The position numbers and the translations under genes were made by a program. A stretch of DNA of 59,663 nucleotides, counting the filler, from Dimargaris cristalligena (taxonomy: Eukaryota), in the NCBI GenBank assembly GCA_003614675.1. It is 2 parts of 2 records of this genome, joined end to end, with 100 filler letters (N's around TTAATTAATTAA, not from the genome) between each part and the next. Parts side by side here need not be neighbours in the genome. Positions count along the whole stretch, not along the records: positions 29,901 to 59,663 come from ML002473.1; 1 more part is not named here. One strand, 5' to 3'. Position 1 is the stretch's first letter. Each line of letters opens with the position of its first letter. The notes under the pieces are model-generated. The model searched no databases, was not told where the DNA came from, and was given only the letters and a program-made list of their open reading frames with translations. Positions 46,980 to 59,663 of this stretch are shown here, piece after piece.

Positions 46980-49900
46980 CCACAGTGAGGGCGTGGAAGC
47001 AGGGACTATCTGGAGGACACGAAGCTAGTAGGGAAGGAATCAACAGCGAAGAGACACAAGAACGTGGGTTTTTAAAGGCAAAGCAACTATGCATACGGAG
47101 TAGGAAGGAGATTATTAAGTGAAGAGGAAGGAATGGCAGTAGCGCCCGAACGAAAGAGCGAGAGAGAAAGCGAAAGAGAAAGAGAGTTGTTGGGGAGCTA
47201 TTGGAAGGAGCAAAGGGCCAAACATAGCAAGAGATGGCGGCGCTGGGTCTTTTTTAAAAGAAACCAAAGCAAGGCTGTGAAAGTATATGCTCAGCTCAAC
47301 TCAGGTACAAAAACCGGTCGAGGTACGAGAACTACTGCACAACGTTGGACACTCCCGTGTTGTGGTGGTTCTCCGCGCCAGCCCGCAATTGGCTGGGGAC
47401 CCACCCTCATTCCGACTTTTGGGGTCCTGGCATTGGGGATAATTCATCCACCCTATTATTTTCCTACCCCACCCCCTCCATCCTTCTACAGTCCCTCACT
47501 TGCCCTGTACAAGTCACCATGATAGCATCGCAGATATCTACCCTATTCCACACAGGGGGGCTGTTCTCTCTGGATGTCTATCTTTTGCCCTTCCCCCACT
47601 CGAACTGCAAGCCATGTGCACCGTCAGCCCGCACAACCATCGCTTCCTCTTGGCAAAAGAGAACCCCCCTCCTATTCGGTCCTCGCAACGCTACGCTTGG
47701 TTTTAAATCACGTATTAAAAAGGGAAGGTAAATGGGTTCTTTCGATATCGCTATTCGTTGGCAATCCCGAATTGCCGGCCGACTTGGCCATTCGTCCATA
47801 AAATCCCAACTACACGGGCCGCCAAGTCGTGCCCCGCTCCACCGCGGGTCCCCTGTTCCTTCCTTCCTAGCCATCATTGTTGGCAAGTAGTGAAGGGAGG
47901 CCCGCCCAGAATTGGGCAAAAGAGGGAGGGGGGTTGGATGGATCCCGCCTCTTCTCACCTCTCCTCTTTGCCACCCCTCCCCCCTACTTCCACTCCCCCT
48001 TAGTGTACCGTTATTATGCGCCATCTTTGGGACGCGTTCAACGCACAAACGGTGCCTTTATATTATCCAAGTCGAGGATACCAGAATATGGTCCAGCCAC
48101 ACACCCCCAGGGAGTAGCTAACTGATCGGACAAAAGCCAATACCGTGATTGCCACAAAGGAACCCTTCGTCAATCTCATTAATGCACACCACCCATGATG
48201 GTACGCTACACCCCCAAAATTGGCTTTTTATTTTGAAGGGTGAACATCGTCGAAAAAGGGCGGTTTGACACACCTCCATTATCTTGAATTTTGGAAGTGC
48301 TCCCCACATCGCCTCCAAACCACAATGAACCTATTGGTTAATGGCCATGGATTTGGTAAATAATCTCCGGATGTAGCAGCAGCCGATGATTAGTACTCTA
48401 AAAAGCGCTATAGTTAGGCCTTAGCTGTGGATACGTGTTGGTTATTAAAATAGGCTGGGTCAAGACGGGAGGGATATAGAGATATAGAGATACAGAGAGA
48501 GAGGCGGGGTTCCGAGATTTCGACCACCCGAGTTCTGTTTACCGCTTTTAGTAGGCCGTTGGGAATTCTCAATTGGCATCGTTCGGCCTATGAATGGACA
48601 GGTAAGTATTGGAATACTCCTCCCTACCCCTCCCTTTTCCTCGCTCCGTCCCTCCAACTATGCTATTTACCCCGACCGCCACTATTCCTTCAATTTTGCT
48701 CTGACTATCCATTCTCACTTGGGGACAGAGGCCCATCATTTATGGCTTGACAACTCGCGTAATTCCTCCGGCCAAATTTATTATTAGATCAAGCCCATCC
48801 TTTTTTGTTATCATCATCGTCACCCTTTTAACTCCCTAAATTCGAATCTCATTATTGTGGTGTATTTTTATTCGCCCCCCCCCTGTAGTCACTCACTGGA
48901 TCGGCAGCAGCGAGCGCCCGTGGAATACCACCTAGGTACTGGTTACTTGCGCATCTACCATCCCCTGCAGTGGGGCAATCTACTTTGATGATTTATTTAG
49001 TTTTTTGTTGGTGGTGGTGGTGGGGGAGCAATGCGGTCAGGCGGGTAAACTCTTCGAGCTATTTTAAGCAGCGAACGTCAGTAGGGGATCTGTCCGAAAT
49101 CTTGGCGGTCCACTCCGCTACACTACCGCGGACTTTAGCAATGAGATGTATGAACAGAGGGAGACGAAGGGGGGGGGGGTGAGCGCTGATTGAGCAAAAA
49201 ACAATAAATATCACCCAAGCGATAACTTAGCTACATCTCTGTTGTCCTCCTCACATAGTGCCCGACTGGATTCCATCCGACATCTCCAGGCCTAGTTGAA
49301 TTAATTGAGCGGCACCACATTGAAGGTGCATTTCAGTATCGAGACCCGTTGTGCTGGAAACCCAACCGCCGCATTGATATTGCCTATTGGTAGTGTGGAA
49401 ACCAACATTTATATATATATATATAGAGAGAGAGAGAGGGAGAGAGCACCGATTGAGCTGAGCCCAATGAAGGCTGCCAGTATACCGTGGGTCGATTAGC
49501 CTAATGGACCAGCGCGGCCTTAGATGCACCTTGGTCATCAGCCCCGGCTCATTCCACTCAACGGTATACGTTTACCATAACGGGAAATGGGGAGTGTTGC
49601 CAATCAACCCCCCTTTTTCGTCATACCACCAAATACCCATCCAGTAACCCTAAACCGCGCACGGGCATGATTGGCTGAGTAGGGAGAAGGGCACATCTAC
49701 CATCCATCATTCAATGGATGGGGAGAGGGATTGCCGCTCGACCCGTCAGTCTATATGTTCTTCACCCTCATTTTGGCGCCATGGTGCTAGTCCGCTTTCT
49801 GCTAATTCGAATTCTCTATCATCATGAGAGTGAAGGCTCTATATTGGTGTGTGTGGGCTGTGGATCGCCCTCTGGGGATCATCCCGTAGGTCTCTCTCAC

Positions 49901-50565
49901 TCTTGACGCCGTCTTCCCATTCGGCCGCTTCCCGAATAATTATCGACCTGATCCGCCCTTGGCTTTTTACTTACGGCCCTGTTTGTTGGGCTAACCCTAG
50001 CCCGGCCCACATGGCTCTACTACCGAATATCCGTCGTGTAATGTGATCTAATGGGCCTATAATTCACCCGTACATGCCGGGCCCATGGTGGAGTGATTCT
50101 GTAGATATATATTTCGAGCGGTTATCCAATTGTCCCAGGGGTTCACTATGGATCAATATCATCATCAATCGGAATACCCAGGTCATTTTGGGTTTCTAAT
50201 AGATTATTACCATTCAATTACATTCACCTATTCTCCACCATTGTTTTTATGGTTCGGTTGGGCTCTAATCATGCTACCATTAATTGCTGACTATCCCCCC
50301 CCCCCTGGCTGTGTAACCTAGTTCAGTTAGGGCGCTTTCTTATCGTCATGGGGGTCGCAGCGGTCACTCAAATGTTATTGTTATTATTTCCGGCTGGGTT
50401 ATTCCACTTACCGTAATTTTCACTAGCCACCCTCCCCATTCCACTACCCAGTGCCATCCAGACCATTAAACAGTAAGGTCTTCCTCTCCTTCCGCAAGGG
50501 CTGTTTATCTCAGGGGCTTAGCAAGTGTAGCGTTTCCCAAACGCGCTGGGAACCGAAGGGGCAGG

Positions 50566-50612
50566 GGTAGGGATAGGGATAGGGATAGGGATAGTAATAG
50601 TGATAGTGATAA
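50566..50612. repeat. (GGGATA)n hexamer microsatellite, decaying at its right end
   Basis: GGGTA GGGATA x4 then GTAATA GTGATA GTGATA. Confidence 0.85.
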
Positions 50613-51579
50613 TAAAAACATAATGGCACCAATCGTCAGCACCATGGAGGCAGAGTTGGGACTATATAGAATATGTTGAGTTTGGGCCATTGTGATTTCA
50701 AGCATCGAATGGTATCTGAGTAGCTGATTCAAACCACCGCCGGGGCCACTTAGTGGATCTTCGAAAACTACATCTTGGAAAAACCAAAGCCCCGGCGCTT
50801 GGTTGTCAGGTGTTAATATCTTATCCGGCTCTGGGCCTTGGTATTAAATCATCTCCCTTTCAACTAGGCGTGTCATAGTCATCGAATTATTACCACGTTT
50901 ATTCCTACGGAAGTTATTCACGCCAGCTGCACACTCATCTGAATTAAATACCAGTAGTAAAGTCAGCGTGATGCTCGTCTTCAACCTATCCCTCGCTAAT
51001 TATCTGTAGTGAAAATCATTTATTCATGCCTTTATCGGTATCGTGCTAATACCTACATCAACAGCTGCTGATGGCCAATGCGTATTATTTCGTACAATAG
51101 TATGCGCCACTATAGGAAACGTAGTATAAAATAGGAATAATTACATCAAATCCATTATTCGCATATTTGTGACTGGAATATCGCCCTTATTTCACCAGTT
51201 ATTCAATAGCCACTATGTGTAAACAAAGCCAAGCGAAATGTATGAGAGGTCATTGTATTTGTGTGTGTGTCCGTGTCTGTGTCTAAGCATAACCAAAATA
51301 TTTCATTTGTTTACACTCTAGGCTAACTCTACTTTACCAGAGGAATCAAGTTAGCATTCCCCCCATTCGGCATATTGTTGAGTCCATTCAGCACCCCATT
51401 GCCTTGAGTCCAGAGACTTGCCTACCAGACACCTTTTTTCTTTTTGCATTCCTATAGATTCCCTTCACTAGCCTCGATTGGCCGCCCCCTCCGAACGTTG
51501 GCCTCAATATAAACAAGTAGTTACTCCCCAACCCCGAGCCCCCTTTTTTTTGACGTCGCTCCCGGGCCTCCCTCCCTCC

Positions 51580-54543
51580 ATGGATGCGTTTGAGCTGGAA
51601 GACCCAAGCGATTGGCCCCTCGAAGAACTGCGCCACCTCGATGCGCACCTCCGCTGCGGCATCTGTAAAGAATTTTTTACGGCTGCGGTATCCGTCACCC
51701 CATGCCAGCACCGCTTCTGTTCGCTTTGCGTACGCCGCGCCCTGTCGGCCGCGGCCCAGGGTCCCGCAGACACCAAAGTGACCTGTCCGTCGTGTCGCGC
51801 CCCTATTGACACTACTCATATCCAAGCCGACCCGCTGTTAAACGATATCGTGGACGCTTTTCGGAAAGGCCGGCGGCAGTTGCTAATGATTGTCCAACGG
51901 GGGTTGCGGATAGAGGCCGATTCGGTGCCGAATCATAATACTAAAGGCCCGGTGATTGGCGACAAAAAGTTAACATCCACGGCCAAGTCCGTGCGCCCGA
52001 TTCGGCCTGCGAAGAATGGCACCAAAGTCGATTCGGTCCGGCAACCACCCCCAACACCCCAGAAGCTCGCGGACCCACCTCCCGGGACTACTACTACTAC
52101 TGCCACCGACCACTCGGCTGGCAGTCCTAACATCGGCTCCCGGTCTCCGAATCGATCCCAACAAAGTGGTCGGCCTACTCGCCGATTGGTCAGAAAGGCC
52201 CGGGGCATAATATCCGATACTGGGAGTGACAATGATTTTATAGCCTGCCCTTCACCAGCTGCGGGCCGGGTCCATGGGAACATCCCGAAATCGGCCCTGG
52301 ACCCAAACTCGGGCCCCATACCGCCAGAGGCACCTGGCGTCGATGAGCCCCTATCCCCTATATCCGCCATATCCACCCCCTTACGAACAGCACTGGCCCG
52401 ACCATTACCACAGTCGCTCGTTGGCCTCGATACGGGGACCCACTTGGCCAGCCCCACTATTGATATTAGTGCTGATGATGATGATGATGATGATGATGAT
52501 AGTGTACCGTCTGACCCCAACTTGGATTTGGTCGAATGTCCCAGCTGTCAGAGTTTCATCGCCAGTGGCCGAATCAATAGCCACCTTGACCGGTGTTTAA
52601 GAGGCTTGTCGGATCCCATTCCATTAGCCGCTGCCGCCCCAAACGTTGGTCGGAAGGGTGCTTTGTGTCATATATCTAAACTTCTCAACGGCAAGGGGAA
52701 GGTGTCCTCTTCGGCGATAACATCAATAGCAGCGACAACCATAACAGCCCACACTAGCGGGTCCGGATCTGTATCGGGACTTATAGGCTCTAATCTAACG
52801 ATTTCCACCCTTGGCCCAGGCGTCAATGGCAGCAAATACGGCAAACCGAGCAAACTAGTATACTCCATCATGACCGACAAACAACTTCGCAAAGTCCTGA
52901 AAGACCTCAGTATCCCCAGCCACGGTGATAAACTAGCCCTTCAACGCCGTCATACGGAGTATCTAAATATGTACCTAGCTAATGAAGACGCCTCCCACCC
53001 CAAACCAATCCACCGCATCGTCCAAGAGTTGGCGACCTGGGAGAAGGTCCAGGCCACCGGACCGGCCCTACTTCCACCTCTTCCTCCTCCTACCTTAAAT
53101 ACCGCCGGGTCGGGCCCCCGGTCTGCGACCGAACCCCTGGGACCTTCCACTGATCCGTCTATTCCGTTGGACCACAACCAGGCCGAACGATTCCGGCTTA
53201 TGACCGAGAAACTCAAGGCGCAGCGCGATCAGGCCCGGGCGGCGCGTAAAGAAGTAGTTCAAGCCAGGGCTCCACCGTCGCTATCACTCTCACTAGCACC
53301 ATCTCCATCTCCTTCTCCATCTCCAGCCCTAGTCCCAGTCCCAGTCCCAGCTCCTACCCCAATTCCATCGCCTTGGCTATCTCGGTCCCCTACCCAGCCC
53401 ATGCCCAACCACCCCAGCACCAAACCCGAAGTCACCGCCTCAGCGGCCAAACATAACCATCTACCTCTACCGCCTCAGATATCACTACTACCTTTATCTA
53501 CACTGCCCCCTCCCCTCCCACCACCACCACCACCGCCGTTATCCGGGCCACCAGGTCTACCTAATACAGCGAATCCCCACTATTTCGATCAGCTTCTGGA
53601 CTGCCCCGACGAAGAAGAGGCCAGTATACTGGACTACATGTCCCAACTCTCCGGCCAATGGAACACCGACCTGGAAGATGTAAACCATCCGCTACCCTCC
53701 GGACCGACGGAGACCCTACTGTCGGACCCGTTCGTCAATACGCTCATTCGGCTCGCCCATTTTGACACTGACACTGACACTGACACTGACACCGACAGCG
53801 ACTTCGGCCCCAAAGGCGAAGGTGGAGGCACTGAGGTTTTTATAGACGACAAGCAAGGCGGGCCTGCGGCGGGTATTCCCCAAGTTCCTAATTCTACGGC
53901 GGAAATTAAGCAGGGATCGGCGGATAAGGTATCGCGGGACAATACTAGTCCGGAATCGGTGGGCGATTTAGTGGACGCATTGTATTTATCCAGCCCGTCT
54001 AGTCTAGCCCATCCGTCCCCTACAGCGGCCAAGATACCACCACATATACCCTGGGGTGAAATACAAACCCCACAAGCCCTACCGACCCGCCGCGGAACTC
54101 CATTCGTTAACAAACCGACGACTTTCCCTTCCTCCTCCTCCTCCTCGGGGCGATCCATACCACCACCGGCCCATGTCAAACGTATTACTCCTACCCCTAC
54201 TCCCACGTCCACCCCGTCCCTCCGTCCCCGCTTGGCCAAAACTGCCAAACGGTATGATATTGTCCCTCGGTCCACGAATACCCCCGTTACTGTCCCCACC
54301 CGGTCCGGTTCGTCGAGTTCGGCTAGCTCAACTGACTTAGGCCCCCATCCGGGTTCAGTCACTCCGATACCACCATGTGGCCCCCCTGTCCACAAGTCTC
54401 CTTCCACAGGTATAATCACTTCTCCGGTGGTTAGCAGTCCCACCCGAAGAACCACCCCTTCCACCAGGCCTGGTCGTTCTCGAAGGGATATGGCTGTATC
54501 TGAAGTGCCATTACGACGTTCCAAACGCCTACGATCCAGTTGA
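51580..54543 (+). CDS. RAD18: Rad18 E3 ubiquitin ligase (RING, UBZ4, SAP) with long Pro/Ser/Thr-rich C-terminus (~987 aa)
   Basis: EDPSDW..LDAHLRCGICKEFF..PCQHRFCSLCVRR..CPSCR RING; CPSC..INSHLDRCL UBZ; VYSIMTDKQLRKVLKDLSIPSHGDK..RRH SAP. The ATG at 51580 is the likely start. Confidence 0.92.
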   Translation: MDAFELEDPSDWPLEELRHLDAHLRCGICKEFFTAAVSVTPCQHRFCSLCVRRALSAAAQGPADTKVTCPSCRAPIDTTHIQADPLLNDIVDAFRKGRRQLLMIVQRGLRIEADSVPNHNTKGPVIGDKKLTSTAKSVRPIRPAKNGTKVDSVRQPPPTPQKLADPPPGTTTTTATDHSAGSPNIGSRSPNRSQQSGRPTRRLVRKARGIISDTGSDNDFIACPSPAAGRVHGNIPKSALDPNSGPIPPEAPGVDEPLSPISAISTPLRTALARPLPQSLVGLDTGTHLASPTIDISADDDDDDDDDSVPSDPNLDLVECPSCQSFIASGRINSHLDRCLRGLSDPIPLAAAAPNVGRKGALCHISKLLNGKGKVSSSAITSIAATTITAHTSGSGSVSGLIGSNLTISTLGPGVNGSKYGKPSKLVYSIMTDKQLRKVLKDLSIPSHGDKLALQRRHTEYLNMYLANEDASHPKPIHRIVQELATWEKVQATGPALLPPLPPPTLNTAGSGPRSATEPLGPSTDPSIPLDHNQAERFRLMTEKLKAQRDQARAARKEVVQARAPPSLSLSLAPSPSPSPSPALVPVPVPAPTPIPSPWLSRSPTQPMPNHPSTKPEVTASAAKHNHLPLPPQISLLPLSTLPPPLPPPPPPPLSGPPGLPNTANPHYFDQLLDCPDEEEASILDYMSQLSGQWNTDLEDVNHPLPSGPTETLLSDPFVNTLIRLAHFDTDTDTDTDTDSDFGPKGEGGGTEVFIDDKQGGPAAGIPQVPNSTAEIKQGSADKVSRDNTSPESVGDLVDALYLSSPSSLAHPSPTAAKIPPHIPWGEIQTPQALPTRRGTPFVNKPTTFPSSSSSSGRSIPPPAHVKRITPTPTPTSTPSLRPRLAKTAKRYDIVPRSTNTPVTVPTRSGSSSSASSTDLGPHPGSVTPIPPCGPPVHKSPSTGIITSPVVSSPTRRTTPSTRPGRSRRDMAVSEVPLRRSKRLRSS

Positions 54544-55652
54544 TGGTCAGTGGATTCCGGCAAGTCAAGTCATTTAACCGCTTTGCCTAACAGTACCGTT
54601 TAAGTCATCCGCATTGCATCAAACACATTTATATTTTACCAAAGTGTCATTTTATTTACATATTATTTATTATATATATATATATGTGTGTGTGTGGAGG
54701 AGAAGATGGACTGTATGTGTGTATATACGTTGCTCACGGGGATGTTACAATGATATACCCGTTTCAATAGTATCGTTTGGTGCTCTATTTATTTATATAA
54801 TTTGCCAAGTCCAACAGCGCGGCCGGTCCCTTGTCCTATTACAGCAATTGTACGTTCGAATAATGGGGACGGCTGATTTAAATGTCTCACACTCACTTGA
54901 ATGGCCTTCTGTCACCCCCATTTTACAATAAACATGCCTATAGGATAGCTCCAATATTAAATATATAAATATGTAAATATATTTCAAACATACGTTAGAG
55001 GCACAACTAAAGAAAAACATAAAGAAGCCATGGTGGCGCTTGGAACATTCACATTGAGTCTTAAAGCCAATGTCACCATCAAGTATAGAGGACTCGATAG
55101 TTGCAAAGAAAAGCAACTATGTTAGTAAATCACATGGGATTCCGATAATTAGGACATGGGGATAGTAGGTACTAACGACCGCACAAGGGCGTGCTTGGGG
55201 TGGAAACAGAAAATTAATTATTGGTAAAACGCGGAGTATTGGATTGAGGAATAAGGGTAGGGGGCGGTGAATGGTGGGGTAAAGTGAGAGAGGGTCGACA
55301 TTGGTGCAACATGAACCCATGGTTTTCCTCGAGACCAATGTGTTCATACTCATCAATCAACACGGAAATAGAATAATTATGGGTATAGTATAAAAATGAT
55401 GGGGTTAAAGGGCATAATGGGGAAGAGGGTATGGGTGAGATAGTGGGGGAGATATAAATCATAAGAAGTCAAAGAAATTAAAGAAAAAGATCCGCGAACA
55501 TGCTTGAGCGCTTATGAGTGTCGTTATATCGTGATAAGAGCTATTGCGCCAATACGAAGTTGGTAATGATAAAATAAAAATAAAAGTAGCGAATATACGA
55601 AAGTAATGCCAAGAACACAGTGACTATTTGATAGCAGTTAGTCCGGGACACA

Positions 55653-57317
55653 TTAGATATTAGCCACCTGGGCGACTTGCTGGAAAAAGCGGGCCTTATC
55701 AGCTGAACTGTCGGCGTAGAAGAAAAAGGGACCCTGGGCCTGGAAGTCCAAGAAGAAACTATTGGGGATTAGTACATCGGCTTCGGCGTCGCGGGGTACA
55801 TCAACCAGTTCTCGGAGCTCCAAAGCATCGGTGGGCGAGAAGGAGGTCTCGCTGGTGTAGAGGTACAGTGTGGCACCCCGGATCACGAACCAACGGCGCT
55901 TCCAGTAGCAGGATCGCCCTCCCTGAACGGCGATAAAGCCACAATGGTCATTCTGGGGACCGCGGTGGTCATTATCAATACGTTCTTTAAGGGTAAGGCG
56001 CTTGGCCAGCTCCTCCTGCAGGAACTTGTCGCTAATGCTGGCCTGGAGTTCTTCTTTGGGTACATTCTGCTGGCCAAAGTAGTTGCGGTTATTATTGGCC
56101 GGGAGGTGGGATGTGCCAGGACGAGGCGAGTTGTTGGCGGAAGGAGCCAACGAACCTGATCCATTAGCCATTCGGGTCTCACTCGGGATCGGTTCGAGAG
56201 GGGATTCCTGGACGGCCAGGCCTTGTGGTTTACGGGACTCGGCCTCGGTCGATGCTGAAGGTAGAGTGGCCACGGGGGAGTCCAAGAGAGGCGAGCCCAG
56301 CATCCCAGAGTCTAGGCGTCCAGCTTGATACTGGGGGAGCAGAGGCGCATGAGTTGCCACGGCCGGCTGTCCGGATGGGGAGTCGCGGGAGAGCGGTGGT
56401 GAGGCCGAGCTGTGATTAGGGGTAACCGCTGGAGTAGGCAGGGTGTCTTCGATCATGGCATCGCCTTCATCGTGGATTTCATCGAGGTTACTGCTCTTGA
56501 TCTTGGAGCGGAGGTTGGTTTCGGACAATTCGGAGGTTTTGCCGATAATGAGTTGCATATCGTGGTCTTTAAGGACATTAGCTACGGTACGACCATGCAC
56601 CAGGCCTCGTGCGCGGCGTACACCACCAGCCTGTTCGCTGATGTGCTGGATTAGAATACAAACTCGTTCAAATCGGACTAGACCGAACAAGACTTCGTTT
56701 TTAATTTGCGTGGCGAATTCGGAAACACCCCCGGTTCCTTTTCCGTATAGTGAAATTACATCGCGGGTGTCATTGTATCCCAAGAGCATCCTAGACGTGG
56801 GGCACCACCATGTGATTACAATGAGAGTGTATAATTTAGTATTTGGGATTACACTAGTGAGACATTTAACTAATCAGGCTAGGAAGAGGGCCGATCGATA
56901 TAAAACCAGCCGGTTACAGCTGCTCAATAGGTAACGAACCGACATCCAAAACCGGTTAGTACAATTGATCTAAAATGACCCGCTTTCAATGACGCCTTTG
57001 TTTACAGGAAGGCCAGGCGCAGGGCCGGCCCGTCAGCGAGGGGGATGTTGGACCATGTCAGGGGGTCGCCCCTTCACAATATTGAGGAACTGCTGTATAG
57101 TGGTGCGAAACTTGGTTTTAAGCAGGAGCGAGCACTTCGGGAAACCCATATGCCAGGATAAGGCAGAATACCAAGGGCAGTACTAGGCCTGGTGTCAATA
57201 AGTACCCCCAGCGTTAGAGTGGGGAGGGGGGTTGCCAGCCACTTACCAATTAATAGAGCCTTGGAGAAACTCTTTATAGGCCTGAGAGATATTGGGGTCG
57301 GATAAATCGCACGACAT
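55653..57317 (-). CDS. ADF-H (drebrin/coactosin-like) + C-terminal PH domain protein; exons 57317-57247 and 56790-55653 (~402 aa)
   Basis: MSCDLSDPNISQAYKE..INW|MLLGY..GKGTGGVSEF..LFG..GVRRAR is ADF-H-like; GFIAVQ..WKRRWFVIRGATLYLY..PNSF..FFYADS is a PH domain. Phase-2 GTAAGT...TAG intron. Confidence 0.83.
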
Positions 57318-57836
57318 GTTGGAGGAGACTGCAGTGGACGAGCGGAGACTAGCCTATTGAAGAGCCACAAAATAAGGTCAGCTAAATTAAGAAAATCACG
57401 GGTTAAAAGAGATGAGAGAGGGAAAAGGGCTAGATGAGCGGGCTGCGTTGGCGAGCCAAGGGTGAGTGCAGGGAGTGGGGGAGGGAGGGGAGTGTGGTAA
57501 GGAAGTGTGTATCGATATTTAGTCGAAGAGAGAGAGAGGAACACAGCCAGAAACAAAAGTGACGTGAATAGTATATATTCAGGCACTGGCAGGTTAGGGG
57601 GGAATATGAAGTCGGAGCAGCGGGGGGAGAAAAGGGAGACGAATAAGTAGCCTTGACAGGCAAAAAAAGTTGAGGATAATTAGAAGCTTGGTAACTAGCT
57701 CGTTGGAAGACCAAGGAGGGAAAGAAGCGAGTCTGCAATTCCCCGAGTAGACACATGCACAGCCAAGGAATATGGGGCGAGATGAAAGCCCGGGTGGTTC
57801 AGGTTTTCTGCCTAAATAGGGTGGGAGCAGCAGAGC

Positions 57837-57838
<2 letters not shown>

Positions 57839-57868
<30 letters not shown>
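57839..57868. repeat. (AG)n microsatellite
   Basis: About 15 uninterrupted AG units. Confidence 0.95.
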
Positions 57869-57871
<3 letters not shown>

Positions 57872-59026
57872 GACCGGCGGGGTATAGAGAGGAGCAGAGA
57901 ATATGTCACTCTAGTGGGGCAGTAGCAGCTGGAGTCACACACACAGCCAACCGGTTGGTTATTCCTGCACATTCAGAGTGCCCGGGACTTGGCTACTACT
58001 CCCCCCATCTCCCTCGGACTAGAAGGCAAGTTAAGCTTACCTAAGGGGAGCCGTTAAATAGAAGGCCAAATAGAAAAGTTACGGGCGTGCGTAAGGGGGG
58101 GGGGGGTGCGTTGGGTTTGGGGGCGGGCAAAGGAATCAGCAGTAGTGGCAAAATAACAAATGCGATGGGTAATAGATCAGCTCAGCCAGACCACCAGGGT
58201 AAACAAGTCGATAATACTAACAGATGAGTCAAGGGAAGAAAGGAGGGAAAGGCAAGGGTTTGTTAATCTCCGGGCAGCTGTTTGTGGCAACCTTCTAACC
58301 CCAGGCGGCGCCCTTCATTTTCTTATTACTAAATAGCATATATCTCCCGCCTACGGGAGAAGTCTCTCTTTGGTAGGCGAATGAATGCGCATACACTCAA
58401 GTCGCCACCATTGGCACAGCCAGAAGCAACACCCAGCAACAATCTACGCACCCTATGAAGCCACCATGGCGCATATATCCCCCTCTCGTCCTCCTCTTCC
58501 TTCTTTTCCTGATACATTCTCCGGTTTGATCATCCACGTGCTTTTCCTTTTCTTGACTCTGGCTCTGGCTCACTCATTAATATACACTGGCATTAATTGG
58601 CCTCTAATTCCTCTCTGCCAGGACGGCTGGGCCGTTGTGTGTGTGTGTGTGTTGGTCCGGGGACAATGGAACTCATACACTACTTCTATGATCCCCGTTG
58701 CACGAATTACTCGGTCGGACTCCCCAGCTCCATAAGGGTCCTGGCCCCTGTTCCCAAACTAGCTCATACGTTACGTTGGCGGGGTGTATAAAGCACAGTG
58801 ACGGGCACTCAATTAGATGGGAGGACTGGTAATCGAAGACCAATGACCCCAGCAGCTCTATTAATCTTCATTCCAGTTGGCCTACCGATAGCGAGGGATT
58901 GGAATTGACCTTTAAATCCATGTACGGTTTCCTCCAATCAAAGGGGGTGCATGCCATCCAGTCACAAGGGATTATACCAATTGACTTTATTAATTGGTAG
59001 ATTAATCAACCGTATCTCTCGTCTAA

Positions 59027-59609
59027 TCATCCGGACTCTCGTGGCTTCCGTATTTTGGCCAAGAAGAACCCTGATGTTCTAGTTTCTACCGGATTAAACC
59101 GTAGGGCCAGTTGAAGGCGTGAGTCTTTGCTAAAGTTGGGCGATGCCTCGGGGGGAATAATACCCCACCCGTGTTTTATCGGCTCCAGGGTCGCGGTGGG
59201 ATACTGGGTCATGAACCATTCCAACACACCTTCATTCTGTGCGAAGGTCAGGCTACATGTGCTATAGACGACCAGCCCCCCGGGCTTGGTCATCCGCCAG
59301 CCGTTAACCAGAAGGCGTTGCTATGCATGCATACATGTATATATATATATATTATATGATTGATTTGGAATGGTTATAGGGTGCATTGTTCCATACCAGA
59401 GGTTGGGCGTATATAAAAAAGGATCCTGGAATAAGGGGTGGGTAAAGATGCCCCCATGTCCAGCAATGGGTGGGACTAAGCCGTGCATGGTTCCGCACCC
59501 GTTCTCGGGGACACGGTGAAAGAGGACTTACCTGAAGGTCAACAATTGAGGTGATCCGCTCAGCGTTGAGGAACTGGGCTTCGAACTTATCCCACCCCCA
59601 AGTGTCGTA
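59027..59609 (-). CDS. 3' part of a NOL1/NOP2/Sun (RsmB) family RNA m5C methyltransferase; exons 59609-59532 and 59320-59027; gene starts beyond the window
   Basis: LQ|QRLL..G..KPGGLVVYSTCSL...QNE (catalytic motif VI) and TSGFFLAKIRK; phase-0 GT-AG intron. Confidence 0.9.
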
Positions 59610-59663
59610 CTACAAGAGATTGTTCGGCAGTCAAAATCAAAAGAAGTGTATATGGGTTACTGT

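Overview
Eukaryotic, intron-containing fungal DNA; the gene content (metazoan-type PITP, UBOX5-like ligase, a minor-spliceosome intron) points to an early-diverging, non-Dikarya lineage, possibly Zoopagomycota/Mucoromycota (inference). I rebuilt spliced models by hand. Genes: 4CL-like acyl-CoA ligase, secreted acidic-repeat protein, class I PITP, UBOX5-like U-box ligase, PRXL2A/SelU-like peroxiredoxin-fold protein, ING PHD protein, small secreted peptide, Pmt1-type mannosyltransferase, ARMT1/DUF89, Med27, Rax2, Rad18, ADF-H+PH protein and the 3' end of a NOL1/NOP2/Sun methyltransferase. An artificial 100-bp gap linker (29801-29900) sits in a CpG-free degenerate repeat block. Best finding: an AT-AC U12-type intron (15044-14766, minus) splitting the U-box, whose perfect TTCCTTAAC branch sequence is ~90 nt from the only 3' site that cleanly restores the domain. 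Also an 8-nt micro-exon in PITP, probable dual mitochondrial/peroxisomal targeting of the 4CL-like enzyme, and a non-coding region with a CTAACCCTAAC telomerase-template-like motif (speculative). No tRNA, rRNA or CRISPR array found.
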